Below are positions 52,496 to 60,908 of a DNA stretch of 64,000 bases, piece by piece; the first letter of the stretch is position 1, and the number at the start of each line of letters is the position of its first letter. The stretch lies in NCBI RefSeq assembly GCF_029212575.1, contig NZ_JARGPK010000035.1, positions 7,089 to 71,088 on the forward strand. Reading direction: 5' to 3'. Made by a program: the position numbers and the translations under genes. This DNA is from Antarcticimicrobium sp. GTDB taxonomy: Bacteria; Pseudomonadota; Alphaproteobacteria; Rhodobacterales; Rhodobacteraceae. A model generated the notes under the pieces. It had not been told where the DNA came from. It ran no database searches and saw nothing but the letters and a program-made list of their open reading frames with translations.

Positions 52496-53209
52496 ATGTC
52501 CCGTCTTTCCCTCAACCCCCTCCGCCCCGCGTACCGCTCGGCCCTCCGGCGGCTGTCCGGTGCGCTTTTTGCGGCGGTGCTGTCGCTGGCCGCCCTGCCC
52601 GCCGTTGCGGCCGAGATCATCGCCCTGGTCAGCGAACGCGCGGCGCAGGAATTCGGCGCCGCCATGCCCGAGCGTGGGTTCTTCGACATCCGCCTTGCCG
52701 ATGGGTTGCCGCGCGAGGGCTCGTTCATCCGTGAATTCTGGATCGACCGCGATACCGGCCAGTTCATCGCCAATGTGATCACCGATCTGGGCGAGGTGCG
52801 CCGCGTCTGGGGCGTGGCCACGCTGACCCAGCCGGTGCCGGTGCCGGTCCGCCGGCTGATGCCCGACGACATCGTGCGGGCAGAGGACGTCGAGATGGTG
52901 GATCTGCCCTGGGCGCGGGTCAACGCCTATGCGGTGACCGAGGCCGAGGGGCTGGTCGGCATGCAGGTACGCCGGATGCTCTCTCCCGGGCGCCCGGTCC
53001 AGGTGCAGTCGGTGCAGCCGCCGATCATCATCTCGCGCGGCGAACGGGTGACGATCCAGCTCAGCTACGGCACGCTGGAGCTCTCGGCCGAGGGCAAGGC
53101 GATTTCAGACGCGCATCTGGGCCAGGAGGTCCGGGTCGTGAATCTCAGCAGCAACAAGACGATCGTGGGCGTCGCCCGCGCCGATGGATTAGTGGAGGCC
53201 AGCTATTGA
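52496..53209 (+). CDS. flgA: Flagellar P-ring assembly chaperone FlgA
   Basis: 237 aa with a signal peptide. SAF-type C-terminus ISRGERVTIQLSYGTLELSAEGKAISDAHLGQEVRVVNLSSNKTIVG. Confidence 0.85.
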   Translation: MSRLSLNPLRPAYRSALRRLSGALFAAVLSLAALPAVAAEIIALVSERAAQEFGAAMPERGFFDIRLADGLPREGSFIREFWIDRDTGQFIANVITDLGEVRRVWGVATLTQPVPVPVRRLMPDDIVRAEDVEMVDLPWARVNAYAVTEAEGLVGMQVRRMLSPGRPVQVQSVQPPIIISRGERVTIQLSYGTLELSAEGKAISDAHLGQEVRVVNLSSNKTIVGVARADGLVEASY

Positions 53210-54012
53210 CCCGCGTGCATTTCACCCCGCCTTCTTGCATTCGGCTGCGCCCCGGGCGCGTCGGGACGGTCACGGCCCTGGCGGCCTTGATCTCGCTGAC
53301 GGCCTGCGGGGAATACAGCAAGCACCGCAACCCCGAACTCAGCGACATGGTTCTCGATGGCTCGACCATGCCCGAGGTCAACCGCATCAGCGTGCCGATG
53401 CCCGATACCGAACCGATGCGACCGCCGCAGCGTGCCGAGGCCTCGGGCCTTTGGGGCAAGAACACCCGCAGCTTTTTCGGGGACCGCCGGGCCGAGCAGG
53501 TCGGGGATCTGCTGACGGTAGAGATCAACATCGACGACAGCGCGAGCCTGAGCAATGCCTCGGAGCGCAGCCGCAGCGGCGGCACCTCCGTGGACGACCC
53601 GGCGTTTCTGGGATACGGCAGCCAGATCGACAAGATCCTGCCGGGCGTCGATCCCTCGGACCTGCCCACCGGCGGTTCGATCATCGATCTGGGATCCACC
53701 TCCAGCACCGCCGGCGAGGGCTCGATCAAGCGCAAGGAAACCATCGAGTTGCGGATCGCGGCCCTGATCGTGAAGGAACTGCCGAACGGCAATTTCGTGA
53801 TCGCCGGTCGGCAGGAGGTGAAGGTCAACAACGAGCTGCGCGAGTTGCGCGTTGCCGGGGTGATCCGTCCGGTCGATATCAAGATCGACAACTCCATTCC
53901 CTATGACAAGATCGCCGAAGCGCGCATCGCCTATGGTGGCCGCGGACAACTGAGCCGGGTTCAGACGCCGCGCTATGGTGAAGATTTTCTGGACGTGGTC
54001 CTCCCCTACTGA
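53206..54012 (+). CDS. flgH: Flagellar L-ring lipoprotein FlgH
   Basis: 268 aa with lipobox LISLTAC. GDLLTVEINIDDSASL ... GNFVIAGRQEVKVNNELRELRVAGVIRP. TTG start overlaps the flgA stop. Confidence 0.9.
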   Translation: MTRVHFTPPSCIRLRPGRVGTVTALAALISLTACGEYSKHRNPELSDMVLDGSTMPEVNRISVPMPDTEPMRPPQRAEASGLWGKNTRSFFGDRRAEQVGDLLTVEINIDDSASLSNASERSRSGGTSVDDPAFLGYGSQIDKILPGVDPSDLPTGGSIIDLGSTSSTAGEGSIKRKETIELRIAALIVKELPNGNFVIAGRQEVKVNNELRELRVAGVIRPVDIKIDNSIPYDKIAEARIAYGGRGQLSRVQTPRYGEDFLDVVLPY

Positions 54013-54024
54013 CCGGAGCACCCG

Positions 54025-54489
54025 GTGAAAAAACTGCTCGTCATCCTGCTGTTGGCCCTCGTGATGGGGGTCATCGGTTTTGCTCTGGGGCGCTACTATT
54101 CCCCACCCGAGGATACGGCGCCACCGACCGGAACGGAGCCGGCCGAGGGCAAGGAAGTCCTGTACAAGATGCCGTTGGGCAGCCTGACCTTCCAGGTTCT
54201 CCAGCCGACGCGCATTCTGCATATTGTGATTGATCTCGACGTGTTCTTTTCCGAAGCGGCGGCTTACGAGCAACTCGGGAACACGGGCGGGCGGGCGCGG
54301 TTGCGGGACTCCACGATCACCACGGTGTCCGACATGGCCGAAGCCATGCTCTGGGTCAGAAAGGGCGAAGAGGACAAGATCGACAAGGTCGCCCTTGCCC
54401 AACAGATCGTGCTGAAGCTGCACAACAGCTATCCGGCGGTGAAATCCGCCCAGATCAACCAGTTCATGGTATCCAACAAACCACGGTAG
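54025..54489 (+). CDS. Second FliL-like basal-body-associated protein
   Basis: 154 aa with a GTG start (GGAG upstream) and a single N-terminal TM. ...YKMPLGSLTFQVLQPTRILHIVIDLDVFF...ARLRDSTITTV is FliL-like. Downstream of flgH. Confidence 0.55.
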   Translation: MKKLLVILLLALVMGVIGFALGRYYSPPEDTAPPTGTEPAEGKEVLYKMPLGSLTFQVLQPTRILHIVIDLDVFFSEAAAYEQLGNTGGRARLRDSTITTVSDMAEAMLWVRKGEEDKIDKVALAQQIVLKLHNSYPAVKSAQINQFMVSNKPR

Positions 54490-54510
54490 CCGGACCCGTT
54501 CGCGCCGCCG

Positions 54511-55173
54511 CTATCGCACCGCGAGAACAGAGCTGGTCGGGATGGTCTCATCCCCCGACAGCCCGTAGTAAAGCTGCCCTTCGGCAAACAGAACCTCTTT
54601 CACCTCGGTCTTGCGATAGGTGTAGGCCGGAACCTGGTCGCCCTCGGCGTTCATGGCGGTCAGCCGCACGGTGTAAAGGCCGCTCAGCACATCCTCGCCA
54701 AGGTCGTCCTTGCCGTCCCAGCCCAGTTCGACAAGCTCGCCCGTGGTGGTCGGCAATGCCTCAAGCGTGCGCACGACCCGGTCCAGCGGATCGACGATCT
54801 GGGCCGAGACGTCCACCGCCTCGGTGGGGAGCATGTAGTAGCCATCCGAGAGCCCGTTATCCAGCATCGTCTTGGCAGAGGTCACCGTCACCTCGTGCCC
54901 GATCATGCTGGCCCCGGCGACCGCCGACAAGCCGCTGAACTGCGCCGACAGGGTTTCCAGGTTGGCGTTGGATTTCACCGCCTGCTCCACCTGGCTCAAC
55001 TGCGCAAGCTGCGAGACGAATTGCGTACTGTCCATCGGTGCCAGCGGATCCTGGTTCTCGATCTGTGCGGTCAGCAGGGTCAGAAACCGGGTGTAATCCT
55101 CGCTCAGTTGCGACAACGAGCTGGCCGAGGCGGTCTCCGTCGGTTGAGCGGTTCCAGTTGCGGTCACGTCCAT
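54511..55173 (-). CDS. flgD: Flagellar hook capping/assembly protein FlgD
   Basis: 220 aa. FLTLLTAQIENQDPLAPMDSTQFVSQLAQLSQVEQ. Confidence 0.92.
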   Translation of the reverse strand: MDVTATGTAQPTETASASSLSQLSEDYTRFLTLLTAQIENQDPLAPMDSTQFVSQLAQLSQVEQAVKSNANLETLSAQFSGLSAVAGASMIGHEVTVTSAKTMLDNGLSDGYYMLPTEAVDVSAQIVDPLDRVVRTLEALPTTTGELVELGWDGKDDLGEDVLSGLYTVRLTAMNAEGDQVPAYTYRKTEVKEVLFAEGQLYYGLSGDETIPTSSVLAVR

Positions 55174-55185
55174 TTGCGATCCCCC

Positions 55186-57033
55186 TCAGGTCACGATGTC
55201 CAACCGGCCGTCGCCGATCATTGCCGTATGCACAGGTGCAGACCGTGCCCCGGTCGCGGCGATTTCCTCGCCGGACGACGTGGAACGACCTGCAGACCGG
55301 TCGCCCTGCGGCTCCTGGAAGTTGCCCTCGGTGAAGGACTGCAGGTCCAGCGACCCCATATCCAGGCCGCCCAAGGCCTGCGCCAGCAAATTGCGCTCTT
55401 CGCGCAGGGCGTTCAGCACCGTCGGGTTTTCGGCCCGGACCACGACTTTGAGCGCGCCGTCGGACCCGGTGGAAATCTCCACCTCGATGCTGCCCAGCCC
55501 GCGCGGGCTCAGCTCGATCCTTGTGCGCCCCTCGCCGATCTCGGCGGAGCGGATCTGTGACGTCACTGCCGCGCCGAAACGCGATGCGTCGCCTTCGGCC
55601 TCGGTGGCCCTGTGCGGCGCGGTCATCGGTTCGCGGCCCGGTTGGCTGCCCTGCGCCATGGCGCGCGCGACGTCCTCGGAGGTGATGAGCGGGTCGATCC
55701 CACCTAGGCGGCGCATGACCGCGACCGTCGCCCCACCCGCGACAACAGGCATCGCTGCATCCACGGCGGAACCGGGTGCGGATGCAGTTGCAGTTGCAGA
55801 CAGATCAGCCGCCACCGCAACCACGCGCGCCAGAAGGGCCTGTGCCTTCGGTGCGCCGCGCTCGACGCTCCCCTTGGCTTGCGCGGAGGAGAGGACAAAA
55901 GGAAAGACCGGCAAGTCCGCCTGTGGTTGCGCACCACCAGCGGGCAAGATCGGCGCCTTTGCCTCTGGGGCCGGCGCGGCCGGAACGGGCATAGCTGCCG
56001 CCCGTGCGGCCGTCTGCGTTCCGGTCTCGCCCCTCGCAGTCATCACCGCAGCTTTAGTTTCAGCTGATACTTCCATTGCTCGCGTTTCAGCGTCCAACGC
56101 CGCTGCCTGCGTTCCAACCGCCGGCGCCGCAGCTTGAGCATCAGCGGCCACCAACGCAGCTTGAGTTTTAGCTGTCATTGCCACTACTTGTGTTTTGGCG
56201 ACCAGCGCCACAGCCTGCGTTCCGACCGCCGGTGCCGCAGCTTGAGCATCAGCGGCCACCGACGCAGCTTGTGTTTCAGCTGTCACTTCCACTGCTTGTG
56301 TTTTGGCGACCAGCGCCACAGCCTGCGTTCCGACCGCCGGTGCAGCCGCATGTGTTCCAACCGCCGGCACGGCGGCTCGCGTTTCAGAGGACACCGACGA
56401 AACTCGCGGTCCGGCCGCCGATGCCGTCACCGATGCTGTTGCCGGTTGCGCATGCGTTTCATCCGGAAGCACCGCCGCGGCCATGAAGATGCGAGACGCA
56501 ACCGAACCGGCCTCGGTCGTCTCCGCCTCGGTCGCATTGGTCGCGACTGTGGCCGATATCCCCCGCAGGGCGTCGGAGATGGTGGCAATCACCGATTTCA
56601 ACGCCTGAACTGCTGCGGCCGGATCGGTCACCTCGCCCGGCGCATCCGCGCCCTCTGCCGTCACAACAATGCCGCCGTCTGTCGATGCCGCCTGCAACAC
56701 CGAAATCAGGCCGGCACCAGTTTCGCGCTCGAAATCAGCAAGCGCTACGGTCAGATCCGATGCCAGGCCGGCCACCGCCTCCAATGTCGCGGCGGGATCA
56801 TCGCCTTCGGCGTCGAGGTGGCTGGCCTTTTTGCCCAATCCGGCAAGGAAATTGTACAATGCCTTCAGCTTCGCGGCGCCGGCGGGCTGCGCCCCTGTCT
56901 CCGAACCGGCGCCATCTACATCGGAACCCTGCGAGAAAAGCGCGCTGAATCCGGGCAACGCCTTTTCCGGCGCCGCCGAAGCGCCCGGCCGCGCGCCCAC
57001 CAGAACAGACAAGAGGCTAATCGCGTCGCTCAT
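55186..57033 (-). CDS. fliK: Flagellar hook-length control protein FliK (MotD-like)
   Basis: 615 aa, Ala/Thr/Val-rich and repetitive in the centre. The C-terminal Flg_hook-type domain is TRIELSPRGLGSIEVEISTGSDGALKVVVRAENPTVLNALREE. Confidence 0.8.
   Translation of the reverse strand: MSDAISLLSVLVGARPGASAAPEKALPGFSALFSQGSDVDGAGSETGAQPAGAAKLKALYNFLAGLGKKASHLDAEGDDPAATLEAVAGLASDLTVALADFERETGAGLISVLQAASTDGGIVVTAEGADAPGEVTDPAAAVQALKSVIATISDALRGISATVATNATEAETTEAGSVASRIFMAAAVLPDETHAQPATASVTASAAGPRVSSVSSETRAAVPAVGTHAAAPAVGTQAVALVAKTQAVEVTAETQAASVAADAQAAAPAVGTQAVALVAKTQVVAMTAKTQAALVAADAQAAAPAVGTQAAALDAETRAMEVSAETKAAVMTARGETGTQTAARAAAMPVPAAPAPEAKAPILPAGGAQPQADLPVFPFVLSSAQAKGSVERGAPKAQALLARVVAVAADLSATATASAPGSAVDAAMPVVAGGATVAVMRRLGGIDPLITSEDVARAMAQGSQPGREPMTAPHRATEAEGDASRFGAAVTSQIRSAEIGEGRTRIELSPRGLGSIEVEISTGSDGALKVVVRAENPTVLNALREERNLLAQALGGLDMGSLDLQSFTEGNFQEPQGDRSAGRSTSSGEEIAATGARSAPVHTAMIGDGRLDIVT
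56105..56343. repeat. In-frame 108-bp tandem repeat (2 full copies plus a 23-nt partial third) inside fliK
   Basis: Copies start at 56105, 56213 and 56321. Each unit encodes a 36-aa repeat AAPAVGTQAVALVAKTQAVEVTAETQAASVAADAQA, with a few substitutions between copies. Confidence 0.9.
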
Positions 57034-57037
57034 CCCA

Positions 57038-57733
57038 TCATCCCAACTGCGCGGCGGTCACGCCGCGCGTCAATAGTCCGTACTTCAGCCGCGACATTGC
57101 GCGGCGTTCGATCAACCGCAGCTTTTCGCGGCTGACACCCAGCCGGAACGCCAGATCCTCGATCGTATCGGGCACCTGGCGCAGGTTGCGCGACACCACG
57201 ACTTCGCGTTCCACGTCGCCCAGTTCGCCCATCGCCTCGACGATCACCTGCCGCAGCCTTGCATTGGCAGATCGCGCGATCATCCGTTCTTCCGGCGTCG
57301 GCTCGGGACAATGCATCGCCTCAACCACGTCGCAGGGGTGATCCCCGGCCAGCGACTCCACCCGCTTCAGCGTGACCGCTTCCCGCCGCGCCCGTGCGGG
57401 AACATCGACCACGCTGTTCAGGTGCGCGATCGCGCGCATCACGCTGTTCAAGATCCACCAATGCGCATAGGTCGAAAACCTTACGTCCCGCTTCAGATCA
57501 AAACGGCTCGCGGCACGGATCAGCCCCACCATGCCCTCGGCGATCAACTCGTCACGGTCATTCGCCTGGGGCCTCAGCCGCATGGCGCAGGCATGCACAA
57601 GACGGGCATGGGCAATGATCACCACCTCAAGCGCCGCCCTGTCACGATCAGCCTGCCAGCGTCGGATCAAAACGCGCTCCTGCTCTACATCCAGCAACGG
57701 CGCGTTACGCGCCGCTGCGAACGAAATTGCCAT
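57038..57733 (-). CDS. Sigma-70 family RNA polymerase sigma factor (group 3, FliA/RpoH-like) in an operon with fliK-flgD
   Basis: Start trimmed to MAISFAAARN (57733). Region 2 is LIAEGMVGLIRAASRFDLKRDVRFSTYAHWWILNSVMRAI. The region 4 HTH is TIEDLAFRLGVSREKLRLIERRAMSRLK. The stop lies 4 nt before the fliK ATG. Confidence 0.85.
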   Translation of the reverse strand: MAISFAAARNAPLLDVEQERVLIRRWQADRDRAALEVVIIAHARLVHACAMRLRPQANDRDELIAEGMVGLIRAASRFDLKRDVRFSTYAHWWILNSVMRAIAHLNSVVDVPARARREAVTLKRVESLAGDHPCDVVEAMHCPEPTPEERMIARSANARLRQVIVEAMGELGDVEREVVVSRNLRQVPDTIEDLAFRLGVSREKLRLIERRAMSRLKYGLLTRGVTAAQLG

Positions 57734-57810
57734 AACCTGCCTCGCGAAATCGTAACGTTTCGTTGGCGGCAGAAGATCACAGCAGGGAGAACATGCAAAG
57801 ATATATATGC

Positions 57811-57825
57811 TTAATGATCGTTTAA
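57811..57825. promoter_or_regulatory. Perfect CtrA box TTAA-TGATCGT-TTAA upstream of the sigma factor gene
   Basis: Read directly. It lies 78-92 nt upstream of the sigma ATG (57733). Confidence 0.6.
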
Positions 57826-57879
57826 TTTGGTCGTTTGTTGCGAAACTCCGACGCTGGTTGGCTTGGTTCCGTACCAAAC

Positions 57880-58386
57880 CTATCGCGCCAGAATTTCCTC
57901 CTGGCGGGCGGATCGTTCGGCATCGGGCAGGATCCTTGCGACATCGCGGGTCAGCGCCCGCATAGTTGGACGTTGCGCCTTGTCTCCGGCGCCACAAAGA
58001 GTGCTGCCGTTTCCGACCGGGTCCGGAGAACTTGTTGCGACCTGGTTCAGGATCCGGCCGAGTTCCTCGCCCAGCGCGCGCCCGGAAAACGACCGGGCAT
58101 CCGCGAAACCGACCGGTTCGATCAGGACAAGCGCATCGCGCGGCACCTCCAGCCCGAGCTCCTCGGCAAGAACATCGCCCAGAGGTGCGTCCGGCAGCAA
58201 TTCGTCGGTCTCCATCATGGCAAAGGGTCGCGTCACCTCGGATCGGCTGACCAGAGTGACCATCGGAACGGTCAGCAATGCCCCCAGCAGGCGCGCCAGC
58301 GGCGACATGTTGTCTGCAGTGCGGGCTTCGATTGCTCCGCTCCAGATCTGCTCCAGCAGCGCGTCTCCCTGCATTTCGGCCACCAT
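57880..58386 (-). CDS. Hypothetical acidic protein upstream of the sigma factor gene
   Basis: 168 aa from MVAEMQGDALLEQIW. GC-rich third positions contrast with the AT-rich region 58390-58730. No recognisable motif. Confidence 0.5.
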   Translation of the reverse strand: MVAEMQGDALLEQIWSGAIEARTADNMSPLARLLGALLTVPMVTLVSRSEVTRPFAMMETDELLPDAPLGDVLAEELGLEVPRDALVLIEPVGFADARSFSGRALGEELGRILNQVATSSPDPVGNGSTLCGAGDKAQRPTMRALTRDVARILPDAERSARQEEILAR

Positions 58387-58734
58387 ATCTTGCCCCACAT
58401 CAGTTGCAGACCAGCATATGTAGTTTTTCGCAAAAGGAGAACGCTCTCTTTGTAAACCTCGCGGTAACCTTGTTTTCCCCTCTGACGGAACATGACGGGC
58501 CACGCCGACCGGGCGCCGCTTGTCGATTCAATCGTCAGAACAATCACCTATCCGGTGGATATACTCAACATTTGGAGCATGCGCTGTCAGCAACCCCAAC
58601 CCATGGACAAATGCACAACCACTGGATGGGGAGATATACACAAGGGCAAATTTACATTTCCCAGCTTGACGCCCATCACGTTGGCGACCGTCCTCACCGA
58701 TTCTCGCCGCGCCTGGATCTGAATCCGTAATATC

Positions 58735-59466
58735 CTAACGAGCCGGGCCTTCCGGTTGCGGCTCGGCCGCGTCCAGCGTGAGGACATAGCCGGACGAGCG
58801 CACCGTTCGGACCGACACGCGCGTCCCGAAGGCCGAGGCCAGCTTCTTGCGGATTTTTGCGACGTGGACATCGAATTTGCGGTCGCCATATGTCCAGGGG
58901 CGGTTGTCGATCGCATGGCTCAGCGCATCGCGCGTCACGATCTCTCCGCTATGGGCCAGCAACAGGTTGACCACCTGGGCCTCGGCCTCGGTCAACCCGG
59001 CGCGGCAGACGATATCCGCTTCGGCGTCCCAATCCGCGCGCAGGTCGGCCCGGCACCCCACGAAGCCGCTGTCTTCTGCCCCGATCCGCGCCCGCAAGCG
59101 CAGCGCGAATTCCTTCAATGGCACCGGCGCGCGGATCACGTCATCGGCCCCGGCGAGGAAGGCCCGGACACCCGCCTCGGGGCTTTCGCGCCAGTCGAGG
59201 GCAAAAACGAAGGGCGCGGGCCGCAGCGCGGAGGCGAAACGGATCAGGGACAGCGCATTGTTCGGGTCCTCGTCGCGCCCAGCAATCAGAACCCGTGGCC
59301 GAAGCCCCTGATCCAGCATGGTCAGCGCCTCTTCGCAGCTGGCCACCGCTGTCGCGCGGCGCCGCAGGATCACCGAAAACAGGTGGTCCAGCGCGATCCG
59401 CACGGCCATGTCGGCCTCGGCGATCAGCGCAAATGGCCCGCTTCCGTCTTCGCCAGCTTCGCTCAC
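58735..59466 (-). CDS. OmpR-family winged-helix regulator with degenerate (pseudo-)receiver domain
   Basis: C-terminal wHTH LTEAEAQVVNLLLAHSGEIVTRDALSHAI...FDVHVAKIRKKL...VRTVRSSGYVL. In the receiver region, the phospho-Asp position reads LIAGRD and the conserved Thr and Lys are substituted. Confidence 0.8.
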   Translation of the reverse strand: MSEAGEDGSGPFALIAEADMAVRIALDHLFSVILRRRATAVASCEEALTMLDQGLRPRVLIAGRDEDPNNALSLIRFASALRPAPFVFALDWRESPEAGVRAFLAGADDVIRAPVPLKEFALRLRARIGAEDSGFVGCRADLRADWDAEADIVCRAGLTEAEAQVVNLLLAHSGEIVTRDALSHAIDNRPWTYGDRKFDVHVAKIRKKLASAFGTRVSVRTVRSSGYVLTLDAAEPQPEGPAR

Positions 59467-59783
59467 TGTCCTTGCTCCTGTCGTCCAGTGCCGTGGTTGG
59501 CGGACTGGCTCTCGCTGCCCGACGGCGAGAGTTTAGCCGCAGCGGCGCGCCCTGTGCCAGCAGCAATTCCATCCCGCCTTTCCGGGAAGAACAGCCAAGG
59601 ACCCACAAGGACAATCGGCTAGAAAACTTGGGAATTTAACCGAAACGTAACCAATTCCTTGGTCATCCCGAAGAAGTTTTGACCAAAATTTAACCCGGCA
59701 GGCCATATACCTTGGACGAGGCAGTTAGATATACAGGCTGCGGCGCGACGTCTTGCGTCGGGCGCAGAAAATTCGGGGTCGCG

Positions 59784-60089
59784 ATGGCAGGATCTAGAAA
59801 CAGCAGGGTTGGACGGCACGCCGCGATCGTGGCCGCGGATCGTGTCAAGCTTCTGCTGGCCGTGGTCGAAGAGGACGCCTTTCTGTCCGAGGTTCTGACC
59901 ACTGCCGACAACACGATTTCGATCGTTTCCCAGAGCCGGCCCGGACCGGATGAAAGCGCCGGGACGGGAGCCCGGGGCGGGGCACAGCCGACGGCTCTCG
60001 GGCCTGCTTACCATTCCGCCAAGGCACGGGCCCGTCGCGCCGGTATGTCCGCGGCCATCGCCCGTTGCCGGCCGCTGGGCCGTGCCTGA
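59784..60089 (+). CDS. Possible small ORF of unknown function (weak call)
   Basis: 101 aa from MAGSRNSRVGRHAAIVAADRVKLLLAVVEED. Third-position GC is moderately high and GGGG lies 7 nt upstream. There is no motif, so it may be non-coding. Confidence 0.25.
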   Translation: MAGSRNSRVGRHAAIVAADRVKLLLAVVEEDAFLSEVLTTADNTISIVSQSRPGPDESAGTGARGGAQPTALGPAYHSAKARARRAGMSAAIARCRPLGRA

Positions 60090-60225
60090 TATGGCAGAGG
60101 CGCACCGGCGATGGCGGAGGACGGGCAAGAACTGGAACAGCGTTATTCTTGACAAGGCTTCAGGCACGCCCGCAACCTGTTCGGATTGTGACCGGCGACT
60201 GACGTGAAAACTGGACCTTAGGCGA

Positions 60226-60732
60226 ATGAACGCGACCGACATAGACGCTGCACCCGAGGGGCCCCTGCCGAGGACGGCGGTGGTTGAGGCGGTGTCTCGG
60301 GTTGTGGCCGCCTTCGCCACCCGCGCCGATACCACCCAGGACGAGATCGTATCGCTTGCGCAGCGGTTGAGCGATGTTTTCGTGTCGCTGAGCCCCGCCC
60401 CTGTGGCGCCGCCTGCCGGGACCGCAGCGCAAGACCTGGCCACCCTCCCAGCCGCCGACAGCCCGGCACCTGCGGTCCCGCTCGACCAGGCAGTGACCGG
60501 GGACAAGGTCTATTGCTTGTGCTGCGGGCGTGGCTTCACCATGCTCAAGCGCCACCTCAAGGCCGAGCATGGATTGACCGAAGAGGAATACCGGACCCTG
60601 TTCGGCCTTCCGGAGGACATGCCGCTGGTCGCCCCCAACTACTCCGAGCGCAAGGCCGCCTATGCCAAGCGCGTCGGCCTGGGTAAATACCAGCGCGACC
60701 AGGCCGACCCGTCGGTCAGCGGCGCGGACTGA
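60226..60732 (+). CDS. mucR: MucR/Ros family zinc-finger transcriptional regulator
   Basis: 168 aa. C2H2-type motif VYCLCCGRGFTMLKRHLKAEHGLTEEEYRTLFGLPEDMPLVAPNYSERKA. Confidence 0.9.
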   Translation: MNATDIDAAPEGPLPRTAVVEAVSRVVAAFATRADTTQDEIVSLAQRLSDVFVSLSPAPVAPPAGTAAQDLATLPAADSPAPAVPLDQAVTGDKVYCLCCGRGFTMLKRHLKAEHGLTEEEYRTLFGLPEDMPLVAPNYSERKAAYAKRVGLGKYQRDQADPSVSGAD

Positions 60733-60908
60733 TCCGCGACCAGCGCCAATGACGGCGCCACAATTCCCCCTGCACTGCCCAAAACTTGTCTGAATTGCGC
60801 CAATCTGAGCGCACCTTCCTCGCCGATACCTTGTGAAACGACGACCCGCATTCTTTGCGCGGTCGCTTGAAATATCCGGTTCTACCGGCCTTCACGAGGC
60901 AGACCGAC

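Noticed and set aside
56105-56343. Tandem repeats considered as a possible CRISPR-like or intergenic repeat array
   Set aside because: The copies are directly adjacent without spacers, 108 bp long, in frame, and inside the fliK coding sequence. They are therefore a coding tandem duplication.
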